A stretch of DNA of 63,763 bases, the filler included, from Reclinomonas americana ATCC 50394 (taxonomy: Eukaryota), in the NCBI GenBank assembly GCA_048213135.1. It is 6 parts of 4 records of this genome, joined end to end, with 100 filler letters (N's around TTAATTAATTAA, not from the genome) between each part and the next. Parts side by side here need not be neighbours in the genome. Positions count along the whole stretch, not along the records: positions 38,853 to 59,800 come from PS015839.1; positions 59,901 to 63,763 come from PS015841.1; 4 more parts are not named here. One strand, given 5' to 3'. A program made the position numbers and the translations under genes. Positions 47,301-60,754 of the stretch are shown in pieces (position 1 is the first letter of the stretch; the number at the start of each line of letters is the position of its first letter). The notes beneath the pieces are model-generated. The model saw nothing but the letters and a program-made list of their open reading frames with translations, made no database searches and was not told the DNA's origin.

Positions 47301-50215
47301 CCACTCTCCATTCCAACCCGCCCCGCTCTTCGTCCCCCTCACTCCATTCTTGTTCCCACTCGCTCCGCTCTTCGCTCCCCGCTCGCTCCACTCTTCGTTC
47401 CTCTCACTCCACACTTCGTTCCCCACTCGCTCCGCTCTTCGTCCCCCTCACTCCATTCTTGTTCCCACTCGCTCCACTCTTTGCTTCCCACCCGCTTCAT
47501 CTCTTCGTCCTTCACTCGCTCCACTCTTCGCTCCGCGCTCGCTCCACCCTTTGTTTCCCACTCGCTCCGCTCTTCGTTTCTCACTCGCTCCGCTCCTGTT
47601 GTGCCCCACACGCTCCACTCTTCGTTTCCACCCGCTCTTCTCTGCCTATCACCCTTTCCTTCCCCACAGACGCAACTTGGGAATGTCCAGTACCCAGATT
47701 CGAGTTTGACACTCTCGCCGCCGTCGCAGTGGAGACCGCTGGCGGATGCTGTAATCAAAACGAACGTCAGCGCAAGCTCACATCCATACCAACTGCTCAT
47801 AGCGTCATGCCCATCGCCGCCCCCCCCCTCCCCCCCCCCTCGCTCTCACCCACTCACGCCCACCCACACTCTCTCGTCTCTCTCTCTCTCACGCTCGCAC
47901 GACGTCACTCCCGTCCTCGACGACANNNNNNNNNNNNNNNNNNNNNNNNNNNNNNNNNNNNNNNNNNNNNNNNNNNNNNNNNNNNNNNNNNNNNNNNNNN
48001 NNNNNNNNNNNNNNNNNNNNNNNNNNNNNNNNNNNNNNNNNNNNNNNNNNNNNNNNNNNNNNNNNNNNNNNNNNNNNNNNNNNNNNNNNNNNNNNNNNNN
48101 NNNNNNNNNNNNNNNNNNNNNNNNNNNNNNNNNNNNNNNNNNNNNNNNNNNNNNNNNNNNNNNNNNNNNNNNNNNNNNNNNNNNNNNNNNNNNNNNNNNN
48201 NNNNNNNNNNNNNNNNNNNNNNNNNNNNNNNNNNNNNNNNNNNNNNNNNNNNNNNNNNNNNNNNNNNNNNNNNNNNNNNNNNNNNNNNNNNNNNNNNNNN
48301 NNNNNNNNNNNNNNNNNNNNNNNNNNNNNNNNNNNNNNNNNNNNNNNNNNNNNNNNNNNNNNNNNNNNNNNNNNNNNNNNNNNNNNNNNNNNNNNNNNNN
48401 NNNNNNNNNNNNNNNNNNNNNNNNNNNNNNNNNNNNNNNNNNNNNNNNNNNNNNNNNNNNNNNNNNNNNNNNNNNNNNNNNNNNNNNNNNNNNNNNNNNN
48501 NNNNNNNNNNNNNNNNNNNNNNNNNNNNNNNNNNNNNNNNNNNNNNNNNNNNNNNNNNNNNNNNNNNNNNNNNNNNNNNNNNNNNNNNNNNNNNNNNNNN
48601 NNNNNNNNNNNNNNNNNNNNNNNNNNNNNNNNNNNNNNNNNNNNNNNNNNNNNNNNNNNNNNNNNNNNNNNNNNNNNNNNNNNNNNNNNNNNNNNNNNNN
48701 NNNNNNNNNNNNNNNNNNNNNNNNNNNNNNNNNNNNNNNNNNNNNNNNNNNNNNNNNNNNNNNNNNNNNNNNNNNNNNNNNNNNNNNNNNNNNNNNNNNN
48801 NNNNNGTACGTCGGTAGGACGGACGACGTCGGCGGTACGTACGTCGTACGTACTAAACAAACGTAACCGTACGACGCGACGACGACTCACACTCCACTAC
48901 CAACCTACGCTCACTACGCGTCCACTCGCCCACTCGCCCGCCCCCCCCCCCCCCCCCTCCCCCCGTCGTCTCTCTCTCTCTCCACCCCTTCGCCCCCTCT
49001 CTTCCTGTTTCGCACCGCAAATGCCATCTCCCGCGTCACATCCTGACGAGCAGCGCACGCACGTCTGGTTGGCATATGGATTTCCTGCGTGACACACGCA
49101 GAGATTAGAGAATGTTTACACACAATCCTCGACTTCATCTTTCCTCCCTACCGAAATTGTATGTGCCCACTCCGCAGTCGACACATCCATCCTCGCTGGT
49201 GTAGAACTGACCAGCGGTGCACGTGGCAACGGGGAGAACCTGCACTCATTCAAACAGCAGTGTGAACAAGGATTCAGTGCAGCTGTGCTTCTCTCGACAG
49301 GAACCCACCACATCGACAGCGAATGGCAGCGCAGAGGACACCGAGGTGAGGTTGAGCGCGAGAGCAGCCGGTCCGCGTTCAATGGTGCGGAATGCTGCGC
49401 ACGCATACCTTCGTCATCTCCTCGTGGCAACTGACACAACGATGTGAGCATCAAAGCGCAACTGTACTCCAGCACTCCATTGGTCGACGACAAGACCGGG
49501 GTCGGATTGATGCAATTGGTGCACGAGCCGGTGACAATGTAACCTACACGCAACACACCCTCGTGTCATTACCGAACGGAGCATCGAGAAGCAGCAGCAG
49601 TGGTTGCTATCTGTTTGCGTACCTGTCAGCGTGTTGATGGCAGTACCAAACACGTCGGCGACGGACCACCGCAGTCTGGATCATCGTTCATGTCGGTAAG
49701 AAGCACGGCATGAGAGGTCATCAAGAAAGCAAACGCACATGTTTTCGGCTCCCGGCTGCACAGATGTAGCAGCAGCGGAACTCATCGGCTGCAACGAGAA
49801 CGGCGACGTCGCCATGTCGTAACCCCACATTCCCACATTCTACAACCCCTCCACGGTAAGATTCCACTACTGGTGGCGGTGAGAGCCTTGAAATAAGCAC
49901 GCACCGACACCACCGACGACCCACGAAAGGCAATGGTGAGAGCCGTCGGCAGCTGCATCAGGCTGGTCCCTGTGGCGCTCCAAAACACACCACCACCACC
50001 ACCAACACCCTGATTGCTGATCGCCGTCGAAGAGGCGGTGTTGCCGGACACTGTGGAGCCGACGAGCTGGAGACCGGCTGGTTGTACAATTACATCGGTG
50101 ACCTGGACAAAGATGGCACCGCCGCGCTCTGCCGAGTTGCCGGTGAATGTCGAGTCGTACACGTTGACTGGCGTGCAGCGGTTTGTTGAGCAGTTGCGGC
50201 ATTCCACACGCAGCG

Positions 50216-50258
<43 letters not shown>

Positions 50259-53200
50259 GAACACACACCGGTCGCCGTGGAGATCGTATTGAGTGCGCCG
50301 CCGTCGCCTGCTGTCGCTCGGTTACTCGTCATTTGCAGACTGCTGGCTGTCACCAGGGTGTCGTCAAGGATCTGCAAACAGCCGGCGTTGCTGGCGCCAT
50401 TGTTGTAAAACTGTGAATTCTGCACAATCAAGGTCGCCTCGTTCTCCACTTGAATGCAGCCGGCCTGCACGCGCAAAAATAAGCAACCCAAGAAAGTGGA
50501 TGATGACGAACGGTTGAACACAGACCGCTGCGGCATTGTTCGAGATCATCTGCGACGTGACGAGGGTCACCACGGCAAAGTCCTGCATCACAATGGCGCC
50601 GCCGCTGGAAAATCACGTGAAAGGTGAGATCAATGAGGTGCGCACGGCCTGCTGTTGCGTACAGCACACCCACCTGCCCTGTGCGACATTGTACAGGAAC
50701 TGAACGTTGGTCATGTTCGCCGTCGTTCGACCATCAATGAACATGGCACCGCCGCCAAGTGAGGCATCATTGTCGTAGAAATACGACGACTGAATATATA
50801 GTTCACTCGTGTCGGCCACACGAATGGCCGCGCCCTGCATGCACGCACCATGTCACCCACATGGTTGGCATTGAACACCAAGATAACACAATACCTGCTC
50901 CGCAGAATTCTGCACGAGTCGATTACTGACATAGAAAAGGGTGAGTTCGCAACGCTGCGGAAAGAGGACTTGACGGAACACAACTTGGACATGTACGAGA
51001 TCGAGGAGACCTCGAGCGCAACCTGTCGAAACAAAACAAGAGTCACACTACAGCCCCAAGCCAAGCGACTCGAGTGGTACAGCAAACGCACAAATCCGCC
51101 GTCGAGACTTGCTGTGTTTTGTACCGCGGTGACTTTGGTGGCGTTCAACTGCGCAGCACCTGTGCGCAGGGTAACCGAATTCATTTCAGTCCATCGATAG
51201 AAGTGAAAGATTTCTCCCCACTTACCAGCCATAAAGAACACGCCACCGTGTGCTGTCGTGGCAGTGTTGTTGAAGAACTGCAAAGAGGGCACATGTCAGT
51301 CAGTCACACAACAATCTGTGCACCCACCACATTGTGCGCATCCACTCACCGTTCCCCCATTCACAACCAGGAGGCCAAGCTCCTCAGACACACCGACACC
51401 TCCAAACTGCGACCAACAGCTCGTCACATTGGTGTTGTACAACATCACGACAGACTCCTGGTTCGCGTAAAAGAAGCCACCGAGGCGAGTGGCGTAATTA
51501 TTCTGCGAAGCCACGGCAGGTGAGATAAAAAGCGTTGTGAAATACCAAAGCCGACACAAACCTCTGCCACCGAGTCGTGCACTTCAAGCCGTCCGAACTC
51601 AGAGACATATGCTACACCTCCGATGGCCGCCTGCACATTGTGGAAGAAGGGAAGTGAGCATCGCCGTGGCGCAGCGTGGCTTACAATCACCACGCACCGA
51701 GTTCCTGGTGAAATTACTCTGGCCAACAACAACGCTGCCGAGGTTCGGTACGTCAATCACTGAACCACGCGTGGTGCCGCAGGCCTGGCATGTGTGACTG
51801 TCGAACGAGCACAGAACCACATTCATGTCACCAGGGCACGACAAGGCTCCTGCAAGCATCGTGAGGAATCACACTCAATAAACCGACAACAGCAGAACGA
51901 TGTTACTGCGTACCACCCCTCGGAGCACTGTTCGCGACAAAAGTGCTCTCCAGCAGGTCGCTGCCAATGACTCCATTCCACACAGCACCGCCTACGCAGC
52001 CAGCAAAGTCAGTTGACGGCACTGCTCACGACGTCAGCCTTAATCGCCACTTTACCGGTGAGACCAGCCGAGTTGTAGAGAAACTGGCAGGTGGAGACAA
52101 CAAGACTGCCAGTGTTGCTCCACAAGCCGCCGCCACTGCCGTTCGGTGCGCGATTCCCGATGATCACTGAATTAAATATCTACAGAGCGCAGGCCGTCAT
52201 CAGAAGACGCCAACTTCGCCGACGAAAGCAAGCACAACCACACACGCACATTGCCACCGGCAACAAACAGCAGACCGCCGCCGTTGGCGCTCAAGTCATT
52301 GGCGGTGTTCCAGCGGACCTGTATTGAAGACCGCGAGATTGAGCGCGCATGCACTGATTACATCTCCCCACCCTTTCCCTCGACTACGAAACTGTCGAGG
52401 ACACCAACGTACAGTCCTCTGTGAAGCAGTAGACGCCGCCACCACCGTAGGCTGTGGACGACACCACTGCCAGAGTGGAGGGAGCAAGCGCGTTGCCGGT
52501 CACGTAGCCACCGCCCACGTCGAGATTCAGCATCTACAACGACAACAGTCAGTGCGCTGGCAAGCACGGGAGGGGGACAAAGATCGTCACCTGCCCACGA
52601 CCAGCAAACACAAAGACGTGGCCGCCGCCAACGTACAGCGACTGCGAACCAACATATGTGATGCTGAGTGCCATCGGCGGACAACATGAACACGATACGG
52701 AGGGCGGTACGCACCGGCCAGCCGCTGCCGAGCACGGCCAGTCCGTTGGGAGTCGAGTATGGCCCATTATTCACCACGCTGCCATTCGCTTCGTGTCAGA
52801 ATGTGCACATGCATTGGTTGCTTGCGCGCCTGCCTACCTGTTGTTGTAGAAGCGACAGTTTTGGACGAGGCCATTCGTGAACGTTTGCAAAAACAGTGCT
52901 CCGCTGCGAACACACAGAGAGCGGGTGCGGGTGGGTACGAATTCGTGGATATCTGTGAATGGATGAAGCGACAATGCCGTACCCTCCGACAATACCGCCT
53001 GCCACCAACAATCAGCAAGCAAAAAAACATGACACTGGCTAGTGAGAGAGTACTACACACCAGCGTTGCCATTGGCTGAGGAGGCCAGCGAGTTGTCTAT
53101 CCACGGTACAATCACAGTCAGAGCACAGTCGGCAGTTGCATGAGGTGGACGCAGCCATGCACTCACTTATGCCACCCTGCGCCGAGTTCGTCACGGAGTT

Positions 53201-53829
53201 GTGGATGAAGAATGTCGAATTCAACAGCAGATCTGCGCGACAAAGGCGCCTGTCAGCGTGAGGTCTGCCGAGTGGCGATGATCAAAGAAGGAAGGAACGC
53301 AACTGCTGCTTGCAACAAACATGGCTCCGCCACCTTGCAAAGAGATGTTAGATTCAAATGTGACAGTCTCTCCGCTCCCTCCCCGGCTCACGAGAAAGAC
53401 GAAATTGTAATCTATTTTTCTCTTCCGCTAAGGTCTCTCACTCACTTTCCTGTTACGCACTCCGTGCACTTCCCCCCTTCTCCCCTCTCCCGCGCCTCTA
53501 TCCCTGTGACTGAACCGCAAGGTGGCTCACCTACACGCGTGCCGCCACAACCCATCAAACTGGCTGCTCCGCTATTGTTGCTACCACCCATGGCTATTTG
53601 GTTCACTCGGCAGTTCGTGAACTGGCACCCAGACACAGTGGTCGGTCCAAGAAAGTACGCGCAGCCACCACCAACCTGCACGAAGTCGCGTGATGAGTGA
53701 CGACAAAGGAGTGCACAATATGGGTGCCAATGACGTACATTACTGCCACCGACGCCAGCACCGGTGCTTCCCTGTGAAGTGGGAAATGAAAAGTGAGCGC
53801 GACAATTTCAACAGCAAGACGCATCTCTT

Positions 53830-53860
<31 letters not shown>

Positions 53861-56800
53861 CTCCTACTCATTGTGCTCTTTCCGGTGTGCGCACCAGCGT
53901 ATTGACATTGGAGGAGCCACCAATCATGGAGTTCTGCACAGTGCTGTTTGTGAATGTGGACTGGTAGACCGACACCGAGTAAACTGCGCGGCACCGATGT
54001 GAGGGAAACAAAAAGGAGAGGGCCTCGTCGGAATGGGGAACCACGAAACAGCCAAGAAGTGCGCCACCACCGCCGTTGCTGCCGCCATTTCCGGAACCAC
54101 CAGCACCGGGCGATTGGTTGCCTGCGAAGACGAAGTGAGGAAGTGGAGAAGAGAGGAAAGTGCCTAATGACGCTCGCTTACCGTTATAGATGCCTCCGTT
54201 CATCGAATTGGTCACGGTGCTGAAAGGTCGAAAAGAAGTCAGCGAACTCATTTTCTTCTCGCCACACACGCGCGCACACACACACACGCATACACACACA
54301 CGCATACACACACACGCATACACACACAGAGAGAGAAATAGAGAGACAAGCGAACAAACGAGCGTCACTTGTCTACACCCTTCCACCCTACCTGTTGCTG
54401 ACAAACAAGTTGGTGATGGTGGCATTGTAGACGGCCAACGCACCACCACCTGAATTCGAACCGCCGGAACCTGGACACAATGTACACCAAAGCGGTGAGA
54501 TAGAAGGCTGAAGAATGTCGGCGATCATTCTCACACGCACCGCCAGAGATGCCACCCGTGCTGTTGCTGGCACCGAGTGACATGAAACTGACTTGTGAAT
54601 CGTGAATGGTCACATTTTGCATCACCAACAAGAGGGATGGAGCGGCGCCGAAAGGCAGCTGGAGAATGGCGCCCTGAAGTCACACGCTGTGAGTGTGATT
54701 CCAACGAACTCACTCCAAACATGGGCCGCAAACGAAACTCCGCCACACTGGACTCCGCCCACGCCGATGTTTGCCACGCTGACACTGCCGATAACGTTGG
54801 AGCCGAAGGGCGCACCGTTGCAAACGTATTGCACACGACTCGACACAATGGTCTGCCGAAAGGCAATAGTGAGTCAGTCCGTGGACGATTGCGCCTTCAT
54901 CATCGTGCACACTCACCGTGAAGCGAATGGAAGCATTAAAACCGACATAGATGGTGCCGCCGCCGTTGCCGCTGCCGCCCGACGATGCGGAGCCACCTGC
55001 GAGAGGGCATGAGGGTAAGTGAAGAGATACAGGGAGGACGAGAATGCAGCGGCGCACTATCGACTCACCGAATGGAATAAACGAGTTCGACCCGCCAACA
55101 CCTACACCACAAACACAACGGTCAAGAGTGCGAATCGTGACAAGAGATCACCATTTCCATCGCGCAAACAACATACCAACATTGCTCACGGTGTTATTGT
55201 AGAAAAATGAACCGACAATGGTGGTGTTCAACGTCGGCTGCGACGGCGTGGTGGAACCGAGAATGGCTGCGGGTGAGGGACAGCAGCAGATGAGCGAGAG
55301 GGACAGGACATTGTGCGCACAACTTGGGGATTGGGTCTCACCGCCTCCGCCGCTCGAGGTGCCGCCGTTGCTGACCTGAATCTGGCTCTTTCCGTTGTCG
55401 GTGGAGACGTAGCCACCGAGGCCGGGGCTGCCATTCGATGAAGCAGTGACGATGCTGTTGAGCACGGTGATATTGTAGGCGTTGACGTTGCCGTAGATTG
55501 CGCCGCCTGGGAGAGAAAGGGAGAGGGGGAGGGGGAAAGGGAGAAAGGGGGGAGGGGGAGAGGGGNNNNNNNNNNNNNNNNNNNNNNNNNNNNNNNNNNN
55601 NNNNNNNNNNNNNNNNNNNNNNNNNNNNNNNNNNNNNNNNNNNNNNNNNNNNNNNNNNNNNNNNNNNNNNNNNNNNNNNNNNNNNNNNNNNNNNNNNNNN
55701 NNNNNNNNNNNNNNNNNNNNNNNNNNNNNNNNNNNNNNNNNNNNNNNNNNNNNNNNNNNNNNNNNNNNNNNNNNNNNNNNNNNNNNNNNNNNNNNNNNNN
55801 NNNNNNNNNNNNNNNNNNNNNNNNNNNNNNNNNNNNNNNNNNNNNNNNNNNNNNNNNNNNNNNNNNNNNNNNNNNNNNNNNNNNNNNNNNNNNNNNNNNN
55901 NNNNNNNNNNNNNNNNNNNNNNNNNNNNNNNNNNNNNNNNNNNNNNNNNNNNNNNNNNNNNNNNNNNAAAGGGAGGGGGAAAGTGAGAAAGGGAGAGGAG
56001 AGGGGGAGAGGGGGAAAGGAGAGGGGAGGGGAAGGAGAGGGGAGGGGAAGGAGAGGGGGAGAGGGGAGAAGGAATGGGAGGGAAAAGGGAGATTGGGTGG
56101 AGAAAGGAGAACGGAAGGAGAAAGGAGAACGGAGTGAGAAAGTGGAAGAGTGGCAAAGAGAGAAAGTACGGCAGACAAAGGAGAAATATTAGAAGAAGGG
56201 GGAGGATAAACAGACAGCGAGAGGGGTAATGGGGGAAAGAAACGGAGAGGGGGAGATGGAAAAATGAGGAGGTGTACACAGAAGCAATCATTAAACTCAA
56301 TAACACCATACTTACCACCACATAGTGTGCCGCCAGTGCTGACGACAGCACCACCGTCGCCACCGTCTGCTCCATTGCACACATTGAACACACCTGTTGC
56401 ACACATACACATATGTCCAACATCAGAAATCACGACTCCCTCCATGCCCACGTGGGCGCAATCATCATCAGCACCATTATCGGCAAAGTACGAGTTGGAA
56501 AGGAAGAACTGGATGTCGTTGTAGTCGGTGGCCACAAAGACGGCGCCGCCTGTCCGTCAAGGGAGCATATGAGTAACAACCATCTCCAATGATCCATTGT
56601 GGAAGCTCATCGCACCTCCGGTGCGACCGCCACCGTCGTCGAGATACGCGGCCTGCGAAGACTGACCACCGCCATTGGCGGCATTCTGCGCGACTCCGTC
56701 AACCACAAGCCATCCAACCAACGCCCAAGGACGTGTGATACAACGCACCGTGACAGAATTGTACAAAAACACCGAGCTGGTGATATTGACTGTCCCGTTA

Positions 56801-58061
56801 CCCGCATCCAAAATAGCGCCGCCACCACACCCAGTGCCTGAGGAGTGCCAATGTCAGCTTGTTGCGACGTCACCCTGCATCACATGCAAATGCACCTCCA
56901 CAGCCGCAGTAGCCAGATGATAGTGCCGCCGAACCCTGACATTCACTGGCCAGTCCGCCGTTGCAAACGCCGACAACAAAGTTGCTCTGTGCCCAGTGAT
57001 GTGCAATGCACGATGCAGAGTGAGGTAACACGCAGGTCGCCAGCAACGAGAGAATGCATTCTGACCTCGAAATGCGAGGTACTGATGACCAACAGGTCTC
57101 CGGAGTCACCCATCATGATAGCGCCACCCTGTTTACAACATAAATCGAGAGCATGGTCTGAGGGAAGTTGCAGAGGACGACACAACGTACCCCAGAATTC
57201 GCGTCGCCGAGTGTATTGATGTTTGGCGAGGACGCGTTACCCGAGTTCGTCACACCTACAGCGCCATTCGTGTGCGTACTGTTGCCGGCGTTCGAAGTAT
57301 ACTGCACACTGTTCTGCACAAAACTGCAGTTGCTAATCGTGCTGAGCCCGCTCGCCATCACCGCACCACCTGCGGTAGAGTTCAGGGAGAGGCGCGCGCA
57401 CACTGGACAAGACTAGGCTGTACACAATCGCACCTCCGTTTCGGAGACCACCAGTGCCCAAATTTGGCACGGCTAACGCGCCGTCTGATCCAGAAGGACT
57501 TCCAATACCTTGCGAGTACGCACCGCCATTGCCGACATTGACAACTGCGTACCAACAAAGTGAGACGGCGCACGAGAAGGAGGCTGCAAAAGACGCCTGC
57601 TGCTCACCAGTGTTGTTCTGAAACAAGCTTGCTGACAGCGTGAAGTACGTCGAATAGAAGCTGTTGGCATGTGAGCAGGTGCACGTGCGCAGCAGAAAGA
57701 ATAAGGCGGGCATAACGCACGCTATTGCTCCACCGCCACACGTCACGCCACCGTTGCCGGCCCCAATTGAGCTTGACTACAACGCGCGCCAGCGCACGTC
57801 AGATGGGGAGACAACATGACAGACAGCTCGGGAACTAAAGAACGCGTACCTCCGTGTTGTACAGAATCGGATCAAAACCACTGGGAACATGGGCGGTCAG
57901 CAAGTGTATAACGCGGCCAAACATGGCATATGATGCAGCTCACCCCAGTGCTGAGTTTGTCACTGAGTTCGACACGAACACGCAGTTCGTAATGACTGTG
58001 GTTCCAAAGGTAGCCACAGCACCACCTACACGTCGTAGTTCGGCGACAATTAATGCGCGGG

Positions 58062-58114
<53 letters not shown>

Positions 58115-59800
58115 GCGCATACGCACACACGCGCGCGCGAGAGAGGGAGAGGTTAAAGGAGAGAAGAAAGAGTGAGGAGAATAATTGAGTAACGCACTCG
58201 GTCACTGACACTCTCCCTTACACACACACATACATACGAATACAGTCATACACGCACCGCCGTTGACTTGGCCTCCATCGCTCAGAGAGCCAGAACCTTC
58301 GCAGGACTGCCCTCCGTTGGCCGTTTGTGTCATGGTGTTGTTGGTAAACTGCAACACAAGTGCTGCGTGAGGATCGGGACAAGCAAGCAATGGTAGTTGG
58401 AGTCCACGCACAGTGGAGCTCGTGATATTCAACGCTGACCAAACGAAAACAGCGCCGCCGCCTACAAAGCCATTACGTGAGCGCAGATGCACAAAGCACA
58501 ACAATCAATGATTCAGGGGCGCCTCCACCGTTTGTCTGACCACCATTGCATGCGGTCGCTGAGCCTTGATATGTTGTCGGCATGGTGTAGCCGCCATAGC
58601 CACTCGAGACGAACTGCGTGTGTGAATGAATGAGGAGTGCAACTGACGCCACGGGGAGAAGTGCGTACATACCGTGATGTAGTTGTTGGTGAAGGTGGAC
58701 GCCTGCACGCTTGCAGAGGAGTACACGAATATGGCTCCGCTGGAGGTGGAGAAGGTAAGTGAGAGAGAAGAGAAGGAGAAGGGAAGGGGAGGGGAGGGAA
58801 GGGAAGGGGAGGGAAGGGAATGGAGGGAAGGGAGGGAAGGGGGGAAGGGAAGGGAAGGGAAGGGAAGAGAGAGAGAGAGAGAGAGAGAGAGGAGATGGAG
58901 AGACGAGTGAGAAAAAGAGCGAGAGATGATGGAACAAGTCTATCACGCGTCGTGCATGCCTGTTGCACAATAGCGAGCGATGTAATGTTGACATCGAGGA
59001 CAACCTTCGTCAGCGCACCGAACACTGGGTTGCGTTTCTAACCTCCTGTCACGTTCTGTCCCTCTCTCCTATCGCTTTCTCTCCTCCTTCCTTCTTCCTT
59101 TGCATGTGTAACCACTGAAAACGCGCATGACGCACGACGAATTTGATTCGCACGCCAATTACAACGCATTGCTGGAATCATCACGGTGCTTCCTCTGTAC
59201 GACCATTGCATCTGCTGAGAAGTGCGCAACAAACATGCGTGATGTGCAACACACTTGTCACTCGTGCCAACCACAACCTAAGGTTCCAGTGGACTGTGTG
59301 CACATTGAATCACATGCAAGAGAGTTACGAACACGAGTGCTCCTGCTGAAATTGCTGATCATCTCACCAGGCTCCTCTCTCTTTCTCTTCCGGTGTGTGC
59401 CTCTTTCTCTCCCCCAATTCACTTGTCTTCTCATTCTCAGCTCTCTCTTTCTTGCTCTGCCCGATCACTTCCCCATACTCTTCCCCTTCTCTCTATTCTC
59501 GGACGCACCCTCCACAGTTGCTGCCACCGTTGGCGAGCTCGACGACCCCCATGGTGAGTGCGACGAACGGGTAGTTGCCGTTGCACACGCTGCGCTGTCG
59601 ATCGTGAGTGGAGGCAACTTGAAAAAATGAACCGAACGACAGACACGCAACTTGGAGACGTAGTTTTTCGCAAACGTCGACGACTGTGAGATGAATGCAT
59701 TCTGCAAGCGGCAAAGAGACCATCAAAAACTACGATCACTCCCGATGGGCGATGATACGAATATCCTACCATGATCATGACTGCGCCGCCACCGACGTTC
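44322..59800 (-). CDS. Very large multi-exon membrane protein: pectin-lyase-like/POMP-repeat beta-helix ectodomain, Cys-rich region and multi-pass TM C-terminus; 5'-partial
   Basis: Dozens of GGA(I/V/M/L) and FxxNxA/V motifs (e.g. STFTGNSAERGGAIFV, YFYDNDASLGGGAMFI); Cys-rich CHAGNPYANQTCVRC, CDGGESVKLESGYW, SVLCGVC; TM helices and PLYISFR..FE/HILRRAILL/VNRLETLMLSTLL motifs; stop at 44322. Confidence 0.85.
47205..47640. repeat. Intronic minisatellite (~21-23 bp; CCCACTCGCTCC(A/G)CTCTTCGT)
   Basis: Many imperfect tandem copies. Confidence 0.8.
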
Positions 59801-59844
59801 NNNNNNNNNNNNNNNNNNNNNNNNNNNNNNNNNNNNNNNNNNNN

Positions 59845-59856
59845 TTAATTAATTAA
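59845..59856. other. Artificial contig spacer TTAATTAATTAA
   Basis: Same structure; the 5' ends of both flanking divergent genes are missing here. Confidence 0.95.
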
Positions 59857-59939
59857 NNNNNNNNNNNNNNNNNNNNNNNNNNNNNNNNNNNNNNNNNNNN
59901 TGAGGGGATGATGCGCAATCAATCGTCACTGTCGATTCA

Positions 59940-60630
59940 GCAAGATCGCACCTTCTTGTCATGCTTTCTCTCACTGTGTCAGTTTGCGCATCTCTCTGTC
60001 TCACTTGGAGTGCGTGTGTGTATGTGCGTACGACTGTGCTGTTCTTCGCAAGTCATTCCTTTTTATTTCTTCGACAAGAACATGATCGCACCTTCTTGTC
60101 ATGCTTTCTCTCACTGTGTCAGTTTACTCATCTCTCTCACACTGTGTTTGCGTGCCTACTATTCCCTGCGTTGTCATGTTTCTCTGTGCCTTTCTCATTG
60201 AGCGATCTGTGCATCATGATTGTTTCATGCTTTCTCTCAGGTTGTATATCTCACTGGCGTGCCCTTTTCTGCATGATCGCTCCTTGTCGCGCTCTTTCTC
60301 ACTCGTTTGCGCATCTTCTGTGTGTACGACTGTGCTTTCTCCTCGCGTTGTTCATGTTCCTCTGCCTCCATCTTCTATGACACAGAGCATGATCGCTCCT
60401 TGTCATGCTTCTCTCACTGTGTCAGTGTGCGTCTCTCTCTCACTCTCTCAGTCTCTCACTGTGCGTGTGTGCCGTCTCTCTCTGCAGTTGGTGCACGCAG
60501 AAAGCGTGATCGGTCCTTGTCGTGTTTCTATCTTTGGATCTGTGGCGATTGTGCTTTTTCCTGCGTTGGCATGTTCCTCTCTTTCTCTCTCTGCATGATC
60601 GCTCCTTGTCACGCTCCTCCGTTGTGTGTC
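59940..60630. repeat. Degenerate intronic repeat array (CATGATCGC(A/T)CCTT(C)TTGTCATGCTTTCTCTCACTGTGTCAG core)
   Basis: Core recurs at ~59943, 60081, 60272, 60388 and 60594. Confidence 0.7.
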
Positions 60631-60754
60631 TCTCCTGCTTGATACGTGAGGCGAGAGTGAGCATCTGACTGCGACAATGATCACTTGGTGAAGAAGAAAG
60701 GCCTCCACGAGTTGTCCATCCATTTCCCCCCCTCACTTCCGATTTCCCACACAG

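Noticed and set aside
48806..48900. TACG/ACGT-rich pseudo-palindromic stretches at gap edges (also ~11715-11790, 32670-32706, 33566-33640)
   Set aside because: They occur only at contig ends and resemble pyrosequencing flow-order noise.
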